Shown here in pieces: positions 34,762-44,544 of a DNA stretch of 64,000 nt; the first letter of the stretch is position 1; each line of letters begins with the position of its first letter. This stretch comes from Thermoplasmata archaeon. GTDB lineage: Archaea > Thermoplasmatota > Thermoplasmata > Lutacidiplasmatales > UBA184. A program made the translations under genes and the position numbers. Below the pieces are notes generated by a model. It searched no databases, was not told the DNA's origin, and worked only from the letters and a program-made list of their open reading frames with translations. Location: assembly GCA_021790425.1 (NCBI GenBank), contig JAJYEA010000007.1:696-64695 (forward strand), written 5' to 3'.

Positions 34762-37700
34762 ACGTACCTGAAGAAGATACGGCTCCACAACTTCAAGTCC
34801 TTCGCCGGGACGACGGAGATCCCCTTCAATCCCGGATTCACCGGTGTCGCGGGTCCCAACGGGATGGGGAAGTCCAACATCTCGGATTCCATCCTCTTCG
34901 TCCTGGGCCCTCCGAGCTCGAAGGCGCTCCGGGCGGACCGTCTGACGCGCCTCTTCTTCAACGGCGGCAAGCAGGGCAAGCCGGCCACGGAGTGCGAGGT
35001 CTCGCTGATCTTCGACAACTCCGACCGGGCCATGGCCGTTGATTCCGACGAGGTGGAGCTGACCCGCTACGTCAAGGTCGCCCCCGGGGACCCCGACGGT
35101 TACTATTCCTACTTCTACGTGAACGGGCGGCGGAGCACCCAGACCGAGATGGACTCCCTCCTCGCCCGCGCCCGCCTCTCCGCCGAGGGATACAATGTCA
35201 TCCAGCAGGGAGAGGTGAACCGCATCATCGTGATGTCCCCCTTGGAGCGGCGCGGCCTGGCCGAGCGCCTTGCGGGGATCGCCCAGTATGACGAGGACCT
35301 CTCCAAGGCCGCCGACAAGCGGACGGCGGTCGAGACGAACATGTCCCAGCTCGGGACGATCCTCGGAGAGGTCGAGCGGAACCTCGCCCAGCTCGACGGC
35401 CAGCGCACGCAGGCGATCCGGTACCGGGACCTGTCGACCGCCAAGCACCAGTTGGAGGTCGCGATGGCCCGGACGAACATCAACAAGCTCCGTTCGGAGG
35501 TCGCGTCGGCCGAGAAGCAGCAGACCCAGTTGACCGCCGAGCTGGAGAAGCTCGGGTCCAAGCTCGCCGAGCTCCGGTCGCGGAAGACCGCCACCGAGGC
35601 CCAGATCCGGGAGCTCGAGGGGCAGATCGCCCAGCGGGCCGGGGCGGAGGCCCTTAAGGTCCAAGAGGAGAAGGACCGACGCAAGCTCGAGGTCGGCCGT
35701 CAGGAGATGGCCCTGACCAACACCCAGGCCGCGTTCAACGAGGCCACGGAGTCGAAGGCGCAGGTCGAGCACGAGCTCGCGACGCGCCGCAAGGACCTCA
35801 AGGCGCTCGAAGAGCGCACCCGCCGGCTCGAGGTGGAGGTCGCCACCATCGAGAAGCAGGTCGCAGAGCACCAGCGGTCGCTCACCTCCGCCCACGAGTC
35901 GAAGGAACTCTCCCAGAAGGCGGTGGAGCTCAAGCGGTCGCAGCTCGTCAACGAGCGGGACCAGGCCGCCAAGGGCGACGCCTGGCAGAAGGCCGTCCAG
36001 AAGGCGGAGACCGCCAAGGCGGAGCTCGCCTCGCTCGAGCAGAACAAGGCCCTCCTGGAAGAGGAGCTCGGGACCCGCCAGGCCGAGGTCAAGGACGCCG
36101 AGTTCCGGATCAAGAACACCTCCTCCTCCCGCAAGGGGGGCGAGAGCTCCATCCAGTCCCTGACGGACGAGATGCACTCGCTCAAGGCGAAGGAGAAGAA
36201 CCTCTCCGCCGCCTCCGAGCGGCTGAAGATCGAGACCCTCGAGCTGAACCGCTCGTACGCGGGCTTGGAGGCCAAGCTCAAGGAGCGCGGCGGTGGCGGA
36301 GGGGGCCCCGGCATGGCTGCCGACTTCCTCCTCTCGCAGCACAACCTGGGCCGGCTGCCCGGGATCCGGGGCAAGGTCGAGGACCTCGTCACGGTCGATC
36401 CCGAGCTCACCACGGCGATCTCCGTGGCCGGGGGAAGCCGCCTTCAGGCCCTCGTCGTCGACAACGATGAGGTGGCCGCCCAGTGCATCGACCTCCTGAA
36501 CAAGGAGAAGCGGGGCCGGGTCACCCTGCTCCCGCTGAACAAGATGGTCCCGGGACGCCCCAGGGGAAAGGCGCTGGTCGTCCAACACTCCCCCGGGTGC
36601 CGGGGATTCGCCCTCGACCTCGTCAAGTTCGACAAGAGCTTCGAGGACGCCCTCTGGTTCGTCTTCGGCGAGACCCTCATCATGGACAACCTGGACGCGG
36701 CCCGGAAGCAGATGGGCGGCGTCCGGCTGGTCACGCTCCGCGGGGAGCTCCTGGAGGCGACCGGTGCGATCACGGGGGGATTCCTCGGGGGATCGTCCGC
36801 GAGCCGGATGGCCGAGAACGCGGCCACCCTGAAGCACCTCGCCGAGCAGCTCGGTTCGAGGACGGCCGAGGAGGGCCGGGTCAACTCCGAGCTCCAGACG
36901 GTCACCCAGCGGCTCAAGGTCGTCACGGAAGAACTGGCCCGCCACTCGGGCGAGGTCACCGGGGCCCAGAGCGCCATGGACCAGCTCCAGAAGGACCTCA
37001 CCTCCGCCCGCGAGCGCCTCCGGGAGACCGAGGAACGGAGCCGCAAGGCGACGGCCCGGTACACGGAGCTCTCCCAGGAGTTCGAGGGGCTCAGCCGTCA
37101 GGCCGAGTCGGTCCAGAAGGAGCTCTCCGCGCTCAAGGCCGCCCACGAGGAGATCCAGAAGCAGTTCATCGATTTCCTGCCCGCCTCCCTCGGGGCCCGG
37201 ATGAAGAAGCTCCAGGAGGAGGGCCAGCAGCTCAACGAGACGCACGTGGCCAAGGTCCGCGACCTCGAGTCCGCGCGTTCGACATTGACCGCGTCCACCG
37301 AGACCCTGCGGTCGCGCGAGGCGGAGCTCGAGCGGCTGAAGACCCTGGTGGCCACGAAGGACACCGAGGTCAAGAAGATCGCCAAGGCTCTGGCCGAGGA
37401 GCGGGAGAAGCTCGCGACGGTCGAGAAGGTCGTCGAGTCCCAGAACCAGGTGTCGCGTACGCTCACCGTGAAGAAGGACGGGCTGCAGATCGAGCTCAAC
37501 AAGGTGACCGCCGACGAGGCCAGCACCGCGACGAAGCTGCAGACCCAGGAAGGCCTGGCGAAGGACTTCCAGATCCGGCTCGACACCCAGCGGGCCGCCC
37601 TCCAGGAGGCGGAGTCCGCGGTCCATGACCTGCCCGAGCTGCCCAAGGAGCTCCAGGGCAAGAGCCTGGAGGAGCTCCGCAAGGCCATGGTCGAGGCCAC

Positions 37701-38391
37701 CAACGCCCTCGAGGCGCTGGGTTCCGTCAACACCCTCGCCATCGACCAGTACGACTCCGAGAAGAAGCGCCTGGACGAGTTCCAGGGCGAGGTCACCCGG
37801 CTGAAGGAGGAGCGCGAAGGGCTCCTCGCGCTCGTGAAGGAGCTCGAGGAGAAGAAGCGGTCCCGGCTCGGCGAGGTCATCGGCGGCATCGACGAGAACT
37901 ACCGGAAGATCTACACGGAGCTCTCCGGCGGCGGGGAAGGCGAGCTCGTCATGGAGAACCCGAACGACCCGCTGGCGGGGGGCCTCCTCCTCCGCGCGCG
38001 TCCCCTCGGGAAGAAGGCGGACCGACTGGAGCAGCTCTCGGGCGGGGAGAAGTCCCTCGCCTCGCTGGCCTTCATCTTCGCCCTCCAGCGCTACGACCCC
38101 TCCCCGCTCTACGTGCTCGACGAGGTCGACATGAGCCTCGACGGGGTCAACGCGGAGAACATCGGCCGCATGTTCCGGCGCAACTCCGCGAAGGCCCAGT
38201 TCATCGTGATCTCGCTCCGGAAGGTAACGCTCAAATGGTCGGAGCACCTGTTCGGCGTGACGATGCGGGGGGACGGCCGTTCACAGGTGGTGGGCCTCCG
38301 CCTCGATGACATCAAGGACATCGACGAGCGGGAGCTGTCGGAGATGGCTTCCCAGCCGAACAACGTCGCCAAGGCGGACGGAGGGAGCTAG
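34762..38391 (+). CDS. smc: Chromosome segregation protein SMC (apparent non-AUG start)
   Basis: Conserved N-terminus (T)YLKKIRLHNFKSFAGTTEIPFNPGFTGVAGPNGMGKSNISDSILFVLG. The frame is open back to a TAA at ~34690 with no ATG/GTG/TTG in frame; the first canonical start (34864) would delete Walker A. Long coiled coils, a hinge, and the C-terminal LSGGEKSLASLAFIFAL plus DEVD are present. Confidence 0.9.
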   Translation, partial: TYLKKIRLHNFKSFAGTTEIPFNPGFTGVAGPNGMGKSNISDSILFVLGPPSSKALRADRLTRLFFNGGKQGKPATECEVSLIFDNSDRAMAVDSDEVELTRYVKVAPGDPDGYYSYFYVNGRRSTQTEMDSLLARARLSAEGYNVIQQGEVNRIIVMSPLERRGLAERLAGIAQYDEDLSKAADKRTAVETNMSQLGTILGEVERNLAQLDGQRTQAIRYRDLSTAKHQLEVAMARTNINKLRSEVASAEKQQTQLTAELEKLGSKLAELRSRKTATEAQIRELEGQIAQRAGAEALKVQEEKDRRKLEVGRQEMALTNTQAAFNEATESKAQVEHELATRRKDLKALEERTRRLEVEVATIEKQVAEHQRSLTSAHESKELSQKAVELKRSQLVNERDQAAKGDAWQKAVQKAETAKAELASLEQNKALLEEELGTRQAEVKDAEFRIKNTSSSRKGGESSIQSLTDEMHSLKAKEKNLSAASERLKIETLELNRSYAGLEAKLKERGGGGGGPGMAADFLLSQHNLGRLPGIRGKVEDLVTVDPELTTAISVAGGSRLQALVVDNDEVAAQCIDLLNKEKRGRVTLLPLNKMVPGRPRGKALVVQHSPGCRGFALDLVKFDKSFEDALWFVFGETLIMDNLDAARKQMGGVRLVTLRGELLEATGAITGGFLGGSSASRMAENAATLKHLAEQLGSRTAEEGRVNSELQTVTQRLKVVTEELARHSGEVTGAQSAMDQLQKDLTSARERLRETEERSRKATARYTELSQEFEGLSRQAESVQKELSALKAAHEEIQKQFIDFLPASLGARMKKLQEEGQQLNETHVAKVRDLESARSTLTASTETLRSREAELERLKTLVATKDTEVKKIAKALAEEREKLATVEKVVESQNQVSRTLTVKKDGLQIELNKVTADEASTATKLQTQEGLAKDFQIRLDTQRAALQEAESAVHDLPELPKELQGKSLEELRKAMVEATNALEALGSVNTLAIDQYDSEKKRLDEFQGEVTRLKEEREGLLALVKELEEKKRSRLGEVIGGIDENYRKIYTELSGGGEGELVMENPNDPLAGGLLLRARPLGKKADRLEQLSGGEKSLASLAFIFALQRYDPSPLYVLDEVDMSLDGVNAENIGRMFRRNSAKAQFIVISLRKVTLKWSEHLFGVTMRGDGRSQVVGLRLDDIKDIDERELSEMASQPNNVAKADGGS

Positions 38392-39380
38392 TGACGCTAC
38401 CCGCCCAGGAGGCCAAGGAACTCGCGCTCACCGCCTCGCCGGTCTCGCGCGAAGCGGCCGAGCACGTGCTCGACTACCTCCTCTGGAACAAGGCCATGAT
38501 CGGGGAGAACATGGCCGTCACCGAGCGGCTCGAGAAGTACCTCGACATGGTCCGGAACCTGAAGGAGGGGGTCCACGTCGTGATCCAGGATCCCTACGAG
38601 CGGGCGACGGCGCTCCTCTTCGAGCTCGTGCTCTCCGAGGAGTTCAACCCGTGGGCGATCGACCTGGTCCGCTTCACCCAGCTCTATCTCGACCGCATCA
38701 AGGTCACCGGGATGGACTTCCCGATCGCGGGACGCCTCATCTACATGGCCTGGAACATCCTCTTCCTGCAGTCCCAGGTGGTCCTCTCCTCCCGCAAGGA
38801 CCCGGACCCGCTCCCCCAGGACCCGGGGGCCGTCCCGCTCGAGGACGGGTATCTCGGGGAGATGTCCTCCCCGGAGGAGCTGGACGTCACGAACACGATC
38901 CTCACCTCCCCGGAGCCCCCCTTCTCGGCGATGGTGCGCCACGCCGAGACCCGGCCCGTCAGCCTGATGGAGCTCGCTCGGGCGTTCACCGAGGCCGAGA
39001 CCGAGGCCCGCCTGGCCCTCGAGGCCGAGGAGGCGCGCCAGAAGATGCGGAAGGAGCAGGCGCTCGTCCGCGACGTGCTGGTCCACGGGGAGGAAGTGCC
39101 CCTGAGCGACCTCACCGCGGTGTGGGACATCGCGCTCAAGCACCCGATCGGGGAGCGCTTCACCTTCGAGGAGGCCCTGGAGGGCATCAGCAGCCGGGAG
39201 CGCGTGGTGTCGCTCTTCCTCTCCATGCTCTTTCTCGTCCAGCGCGGCGGCATCACCCTTCACCAGGACATGATCGGCCGAGGGGCCATCTTCCTGGTCC
39301 GGACGCAGGATACGATGGACTCCACCGGGATGCTCGTGAAGAGCGACGTCCCCCCGCCGGTGGCCACGCCCAACAACTGA
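38391..39380 (+). CDS. scpA: Segregation and condensation protein A (kleisin)
   Basis: The GTG overlaps the smc stop (TAGTG). ScpA-like N-terminus LDYLLWNKAMIGENMAVTE...FNPWAIDLVRFTQLYL; 329 aa. Confidence 0.85.
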   Translation: MTLPAQEAKELALTASPVSREAAEHVLDYLLWNKAMIGENMAVTERLEKYLDMVRNLKEGVHVVIQDPYERATALLFELVLSEEFNPWAIDLVRFTQLYLDRIKVTGMDFPIAGRLIYMAWNILFLQSQVVLSSRKDPDPLPQDPGAVPLEDGYLGEMSSPEELDVTNTILTSPEPPFSAMVRHAETRPVSLMELARAFTEAETEARLALEAEEARQKMRKEQALVRDVLVHGEEVPLSDLTAVWDIALKHPIGERFTFEEALEGISSRERVVSLFLSMLFLVQRGGITLHQDMIGRGAIFLVRTQDTMDSTGMLVKSDVPPPVATPNN

Positions 39381-39384
39381 ACCC

Positions 39385-40053
39385 ATGGGCAGCAACAAGG
39401 TCCCGGCAACGGAGAACGATCTCCTCCTCAAGATCGAGGCCCTCCTCTTCGCCGCGGGCAAGCCCCTCACCGTCCACGAGCTGGCCGGTTCCCTGGGCAC
39501 CCCGGACTGGAACGCCGTCCAGCACCTCCTGAAGAAGCTCCAGCACAACTACGGCTCCCGGCAGACGGCCCTCGAGATCCGGCGGGCCGGGGACGGCTGG
39601 GCCATCCAGCTGAAGAAGGACCTCACCCCGGTCGCCCACAAGGTGGCCGCCGCCGAGATCCCCCGCAGGACCCTGAAGACCCTCGCGCTCATCGCCTACC
39701 ACCAGCCGATCCGGCAGAGCCGCCTCGCCCGGATGATCGGGGACTACGTCTACGAGGACATCCCCCGGCTCCGCGAGCTCGGGTTCATCCGGGCGGCCGA
39801 GCGCGCCAACACGCTCGAGCTCACCACCACCTCGAAGTTCGCGGAGTACTTCGGCTTCGAGACCGCGGACAAGGCGAAGCTCAAGGTGCTGATGGAGCAG
39901 GGGCTCGGGATCGAGCGCCCGGCCGCCCCGGCCGATGCCGCCCCCGCGGAGGAGGGCGAACCTCCGGCGGACCCTCCCGCGGAGTCACAGGCCGCCGAAC
40001 CCTCGCCCCCCCGCCCCAAAGAGGGCCTTCCCCGCGCCGGTCCCGGGGCCTGA
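39385..40053 (+). CDS. scpB: Segregation and condensation protein B
   Basis: Two winged-helix ScpB signatures: IEALLFAAGKPLTVHELAG and LKTLALIAYHQPIRQSRLARMIG. It is 4 nt after scpA. Confidence 0.85.
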   Translation: MGSNKVPATENDLLLKIEALLFAAGKPLTVHELAGSLGTPDWNAVQHLLKKLQHNYGSRQTALEIRRAGDGWAIQLKKDLTPVAHKVAAAEIPRRTLKTLALIAYHQPIRQSRLARMIGDYVYEDIPRLRELGFIRAAERANTLELTTTSKFAEYFGFETADKAKLKVLMEQGLGIERPAAPADAAPAEEGEPPADPPAESQAAEPSPPRPKEGLPRAGPGA

Positions 40054-40069
40054 CCGCGTCCCGGTCGGA

Positions 40070-43000
40070 TTACGCGCTCTTCTCGGCGGCCTTGGAACCG
40101 ACGGCGTTCCGGAGTTCCTGGACGGCCTCGTTCGCCGCCGACAGGGCTCCCTCGTAGTTCCCGTCCGCCTTGAGCTGGATCGACCGGTCCAGGAGCTCGG
40201 AGGGGTGGGCCGTGGGCAGGTGCGCCTCTTGCGCCTGTCCGATAAGCGTGTCGATGAGGTAGTGGAGGTCCGCCAGCTCCTTCTGCCAGCCCTTCCTTCG
40301 GGTGAGCTCCACCCCGAGGTCGATGAGCTCGCGGGTGGCCCCGAGGAGCTTGCCCTGGGCCTGCTGCTCCTGGGCCGACTTGATGCGCTCCGGGAGCCCC
40401 TGGATCGCCACGTTGAACCCGTCGCGGGCCTTCTGGACGCTCTTCTCCATCTCCTGGAGCTTCGCGGTGAGCGGCGCGGCGAGGAGGTGCTCCAGCTTCG
40501 TCCGCGTCGCGATGATCCGCTGGACTGCCGCGTCGGGAGTGTCCTGGCGCAGGAGGGTCCGGGCCTCGGTGACCCCTTCGGCGATGGGACTCCCGTCGAC
40601 CCCGATCTTCTCCGCCAGCCGGGCCCCCTTTTCGAGCTTCTCCATCTCGCCGTTGACGTAGGCGAGGAGCACCTCGTTGATGCGGGTGTGGAGTCCCCGG
40701 GTCGACTCGGTGGCCTCCGCGAAGCCCCGACGGGACAGTTCCCCCCGGACCGCCGTGGCCTTCTCGTCGACCGAGGCGACGTCCGCATCGGACAGCCGCC
40801 CCTTGACGGGTTCCAGACGCTCGGCCTCCTCCGCGAGGATCGCCTCGATACGGGTGACCGCGGTCTTCTGGGTCTCCTCCGAGATCCGTACCGCCGCGGA
40901 CCAGTCCTCGAGCGCTCGGGCCTGGCGGGCCTCCTGGGTGGCCTTCGTGAAGGCGACCGCCGGGCTCTCGTCCCCCGCGAAGTAGTCGATCACGGGCCGG
41001 AGGGAGTCCAGACGGGCGCTGAGCGACTGGTCGAAGAGCGTGCGGGCGCGTTCGTAGGCGCCCCGGACGGTGCTGTCCGCCTCGAGGTAGCTTCCCTTGC
41101 TGGCGAGCGCATCCGCGGAGTGCAGCGCGGTCTCGATATCGGCCCGGTCCACCGAGAGCCGGTCGAGCGCGCCGAGGATCGGTTCCATCCGCTGCCTCGT
41201 CTCCTGGAACCGGTTGCGTTGCAGGGTGGCCTGCTGGATCAGGTCGTTCGTCCGCATCACCAGCTCGAGGAGCTGGGAGTACTCCCCGCTCTCGAAGGAC
41301 TTGCGGGCGGTGGCGAGGTCCGTGGCCGCCTGGGGGACGATGAGGCCCGCCTTGTCGGCGTCTTCCACGTGCGCCGAGATGGTCTGGAGCGAGTTCTGCG
41401 CGATGGAGTATTGGAGTTCCACCTTCTCGAGCTCGTTCTCGGCCTGGGTCACGAGCTGCAGGACCTCCATGGGGGTGGTCGACCCCACGAGTCCCCGGGC
41501 CTTCGCGAGGTAGTTCTCGGCCACCATGGTGAGGGCTCCCTCCCGCTTCGCGCGGGTGATCAGCCCCTGGAGGTTGGACAGGACCTGGTTCAGGTGCGCG
41601 CGCACCAGCGTTCCCGCCTGGTCCTTGACGCCCTGGGCACCCTCGAGCACCCCGCCGTAGTCCATGGCCCGGTGGCGGTCCTCCAGCTGAGCCAGCCGGG
41701 GAAGGATCGCCTTCACGTCGAGGCGCATCAGGTCGGCCTGGTTCACGATCTCGCGGGACTCCGCGAGCGCGCGATTGGCGGTCTCCTGGAAGGCCTTGCT
41801 CTGGAAGAACTGCTTCCGGACCTGCCCGATGGCCCGGCCCACGCCCGTGGGGAACTTCTCGGACATCTTGGTCCGGACGTCGGAGAGGAGCGCATCGGCC
41901 TCCCGGGTCTCGAGGCCCTGCTCCCGGGCGACCCGGAGCTCCCCATCGAGGGTCGCGAGCTGCTCGTCGAGGACCGGGCGGAGCTTCGCCAGGATCTCGA
42001 CCCCCAGCTCCTCCAATTGCTTCTGCGGACCCTGGGGGTCGCCGGCCTGGGAGTCCTTGAGGCAGGCCTCCGCGCGCTCGAGCCAGGCGGTCTCGGGCAG
42101 CCCCAGGGCCCCCGTCCCGTCGACCACCGCCTTCAGCGTCTCGTTGAGGGTGCGGGAGTCCATGCGCAGCGAGAGCTGGTTCCCCAGCTGACGGATCTCC
42201 ACGATCGTGGCCTCGGCGGTGTCGAACGCGAGCGACTGGTAGGCGGTCCGGACGTCGGCGATCTTCGAGGTGAGGAGGCGGAGCTCCTCCGGAGTGGCAC
42301 CGCGCTTCCGGAGCGCGGTCATCTGGTTCACGATCTGGCTGATCCGGTCCACGATGCTCTGGGCCGTGGACTGGATGGAGTGGGCCGTGTTGGTGGCGCG
42401 CTGGGCGGTCTCCAGCGCCTCGAGAGGGTTCCCCGACTGGAGGGACGTGCGGGCGGCCTCGAGCAGGTCCTTTACGGTCGCGGGTTCGGGCACGGTCTTC
42501 GAGACCTCGACCAGAGCGAGCTTGGCCTCGGAGAGCGCCTCCTCCGCCCGCGTGGCCGCGAGCTGGGACATCGCGGCGAGGATCTCCTGGCCCGACTTCG
42601 CGGCGCGGGGGTAGTCCCCGAGGTCGAAGATCTCCCGGACCCGGGTGATCTCCCGGGACCGGTCCTCGAGGGGTATCCCCATCTTTCCGAGGCGCGTGAG
42701 GGCATCATCCAGGTCGGCGACGACCCGGCCCACCTCGGTGGCCATGGTGATGTTGATCTCGCGTTCGGCCTCTGTGAGCTTCTGGAGGAACCCGAGCGTG
42801 TCCGGGCCCGCAAAGGCCCGTACCTGGGCGAGAGTGGCCTGGGCCTGGTTGCGCGTGGTCTCGTCCGCGATGAGGGATGCGGTCTGGTCGAGCTCATCGA
42901 GCCGGGCTTGGATCGAGGGAGCCACCGCCTCCTTGAGCTGGATCGAGAGCTGGGAGAGAACCTCCGCGGCCTCGGCTACCCGTGCGGAGGAGAGGAGAAG

Positions 43001-44491
43001 GTTCGCTTCCTCGATGTGGGCGCTCATCTCGTCCGGGTACGTCCAGTGGCGCTCGGAGAGCGCCGTGAGGGTGCGTTCGACCCGGTCCAGCTGTTCCCCG
43101 AGGAACTGGCTGCTCTCGCGTCCGACGGCCCGGATGCCCTCGCGCAGGCTGGCCCGCGCGACGGTGAAGTCGCGCTTGACGAGCGCGGCCTCGGCCTCCT
43201 GGATGTACTGCTGGAAGCGCGAGGCGTCGAGGCCTCCGGAGCCGAGCCGGCCGATCAGGGCCTTGAACTCCTCGAGCTCGGTGTGGGCGATCTCCATGTC
43301 CTCCACGGAGGACCGGGCACTATCGAGGACGTCCGAGGAGACCTTGAGCGCGCGGGTGTAGTCCTTGTCGCGGATCGCGTCCCGGACCCCGCGGATCTTC
43401 TCCACGGTCTGGTCGACGTTGCGGCCGAGGTCCCGCGCCTCCTCCATGTAGGTGCGCACCTCCTCCAGGCGTTCGAAGACGACCCGGAGCACGGGAGGCT
43501 CGATGAGCCCCTGGGCCCGGGCGAGCAGGGGGAATCCTTCGGGGAGCGGGACCCGGTCCACCTCGACCACGAGGGCCTCCAATTCGTGCGGCACCTCTCC
43601 GGCGTCCGCGCCGGAGTTCGTGGCGGTGGTGAGCGCGTCCTTGAGCTCTTGAAGGCGAGCACGGAGGCTGCTCCGTCCCTGCTCCTCCAGCTGGGTGCGA
43701 GCCGCAGCGAGCTTGGCCCCCACCTTGTCGGCGGAGATCAGCGAGGAGGACCGGCTCCGTTCCGCCAGCTTCTGCGCCTCGGTGACGTCGACCCCGAGGT
43801 TCTTCGCCACCGGGATCGCGGCCTCGAGGTCGGAGAACTCCTTGCGGAGCTTCTCCACCACCTGGGGGGCGGAGGACTTCAGGTTCTCCTCAAAGCAGCC
43901 TGCGGCACCCTTGAGGTCCCGCTTCTCAACGAACTCGAGACAGGGAGAGAGCGCCTTCCGGACGCCCTCCTCCATCTCGGAGGGAACCGCCCACTTCAGG
44001 AGGGCATCGACCTGGTCACCGAGCCAGACCAGCCCGGACTCCTCGGTCTTCTGGAGGTCCGGCTCGAGGGCCCTGATCTCCTCCAGCGCCTCGGCGGGCT
44101 TGTTCTCGGAGACGAAGCGGTTGAGCGCCTCCACCCGGGTGCGCTGCTCGTCCGTGGGCTCGAGTCCCATCGTCGGGAGTCCCTCGAGACGGAGCTGGAG
44201 CGCCTTGGAGCGTTCCTCGAGCTTGGACTGCAGTAGGGTCCGCGCCTCCTGTTCCAGGGCGGTGGTGAGCTTCTCGGCCTCGTCCCACGCCGGACGGCGG
44301 GTGGCCCGTGTGATCGCCTCTTCCTTGTCCGGGAAGGCGAAGGCGCCGTTGTCGAGGGAACGGCCAAGTCCGAGGATGGACTCGAGCTTCGATCGGGCGG
44401 TCTCGTAGGCGGCCTTCTGCGTCCGGAGCTCTTCGGCCTTTTGGGCCAGGCTCTTTTGCCGAAAACCGTCCAACCTCCCACCCGGTATCAC
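40070..44491 (-). CDS. Giant (1473-aa) all-alpha-helical coiled-coil/spectrin-like protein of unknown function
   Basis: GTG start with GAGGG ~7 nt upstream. The composition is balanced (A/L/E/R/Q/T/K/S) and no TM or P-loop was found. Long heptad-compatible segments run throughout. The opposite-strand ORF (39935..44236) is L/G/R/P-rich antisense noise and overlaps scpB. Confidence 0.75.
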   Translation of the reverse strand: MIPGGRLDGFRQKSLAQKAEELRTQKAAYETARSKLESILGLGRSLDNGAFAFPDKEEAITRATRRPAWDEAEKLTTALEQEARTLLQSKLEERSKALQLRLEGLPTMGLEPTDEQRTRVEALNRFVSENKPAEALEEIRALEPDLQKTEESGLVWLGDQVDALLKWAVPSEMEEGVRKALSPCLEFVEKRDLKGAAGCFEENLKSSAPQVVEKLRKEFSDLEAAIPVAKNLGVDVTEAQKLAERSRSSSLISADKVGAKLAAARTQLEEQGRSSLRARLQELKDALTTATNSGADAGEVPHELEALVVEVDRVPLPEGFPLLARAQGLIEPPVLRVVFERLEEVRTYMEEARDLGRNVDQTVEKIRGVRDAIRDKDYTRALKVSSDVLDSARSSVEDMEIAHTELEEFKALIGRLGSGGLDASRFQQYIQEAEAALVKRDFTVARASLREGIRAVGRESSQFLGEQLDRVERTLTALSERHWTYPDEMSAHIEEANLLLSSARVAEAAEVLSQLSIQLKEAVAPSIQARLDELDQTASLIADETTRNQAQATLAQVRAFAGPDTLGFLQKLTEAEREINITMATEVGRVVADLDDALTRLGKMGIPLEDRSREITRVREIFDLGDYPRAAKSGQEILAAMSQLAATRAEEALSEAKLALVEVSKTVPEPATVKDLLEAARTSLQSGNPLEALETAQRATNTAHSIQSTAQSIVDRISQIVNQMTALRKRGATPEELRLLTSKIADVRTAYQSLAFDTAEATIVEIRQLGNQLSLRMDSRTLNETLKAVVDGTGALGLPETAWLERAEACLKDSQAGDPQGPQKQLEELGVEILAKLRPVLDEQLATLDGELRVAREQGLETREADALLSDVRTKMSEKFPTGVGRAIGQVRKQFFQSKAFQETANRALAESREIVNQADLMRLDVKAILPRLAQLEDRHRAMDYGGVLEGAQGVKDQAGTLVRAHLNQVLSNLQGLITRAKREGALTMVAENYLAKARGLVGSTTPMEVLQLVTQAENELEKVELQYSIAQNSLQTISAHVEDADKAGLIVPQAATDLATARKSFESGEYSQLLELVMRTNDLIQQATLQRNRFQETRQRMEPILGALDRLSVDRADIETALHSADALASKGSYLEADSTVRGAYERARTLFDQSLSARLDSLRPVIDYFAGDESPAVAFTKATQEARQARALEDWSAAVRISEETQKTAVTRIEAILAEEAERLEPVKGRLSDADVASVDEKATAVRGELSRRGFAEATESTRGLHTRINEVLLAYVNGEMEKLEKGARLAEKIGVDGSPIAEGVTEARTLLRQDTPDAAVQRIIATRTKLEHLLAAPLTAKLQEMEKSVQKARDGFNVAIQGLPERIKSAQEQQAQGKLLGATRELIDLGVELTRRKGWQKELADLHYLIDTLIGQAQEAHLPTAHPSELLDRSIQLKADGNYEGALSAANEAVQELRNAVGSKAAEKSA

Positions 44492-44544
44492 AATCGAACC
44501 CTCGGTTATCAGAGGGGGGGAAGACGGAAAAAACCTCCGACCGC

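Noticed and set aside
34663-38247. 1194-aa ORF on the minus strand
   Set aside because: Antisense of smc; repetitive L/G/E/R composition.
39935-44236. 1433-aa ORF on the + strand opposite the giant coiled-coil gene
   Set aside because: It is L/G/R/P/E-rich low complexity and overlaps scpB in another frame. The minus-strand product has balanced composition and heptad structure, so the + ORF is antisense noise.
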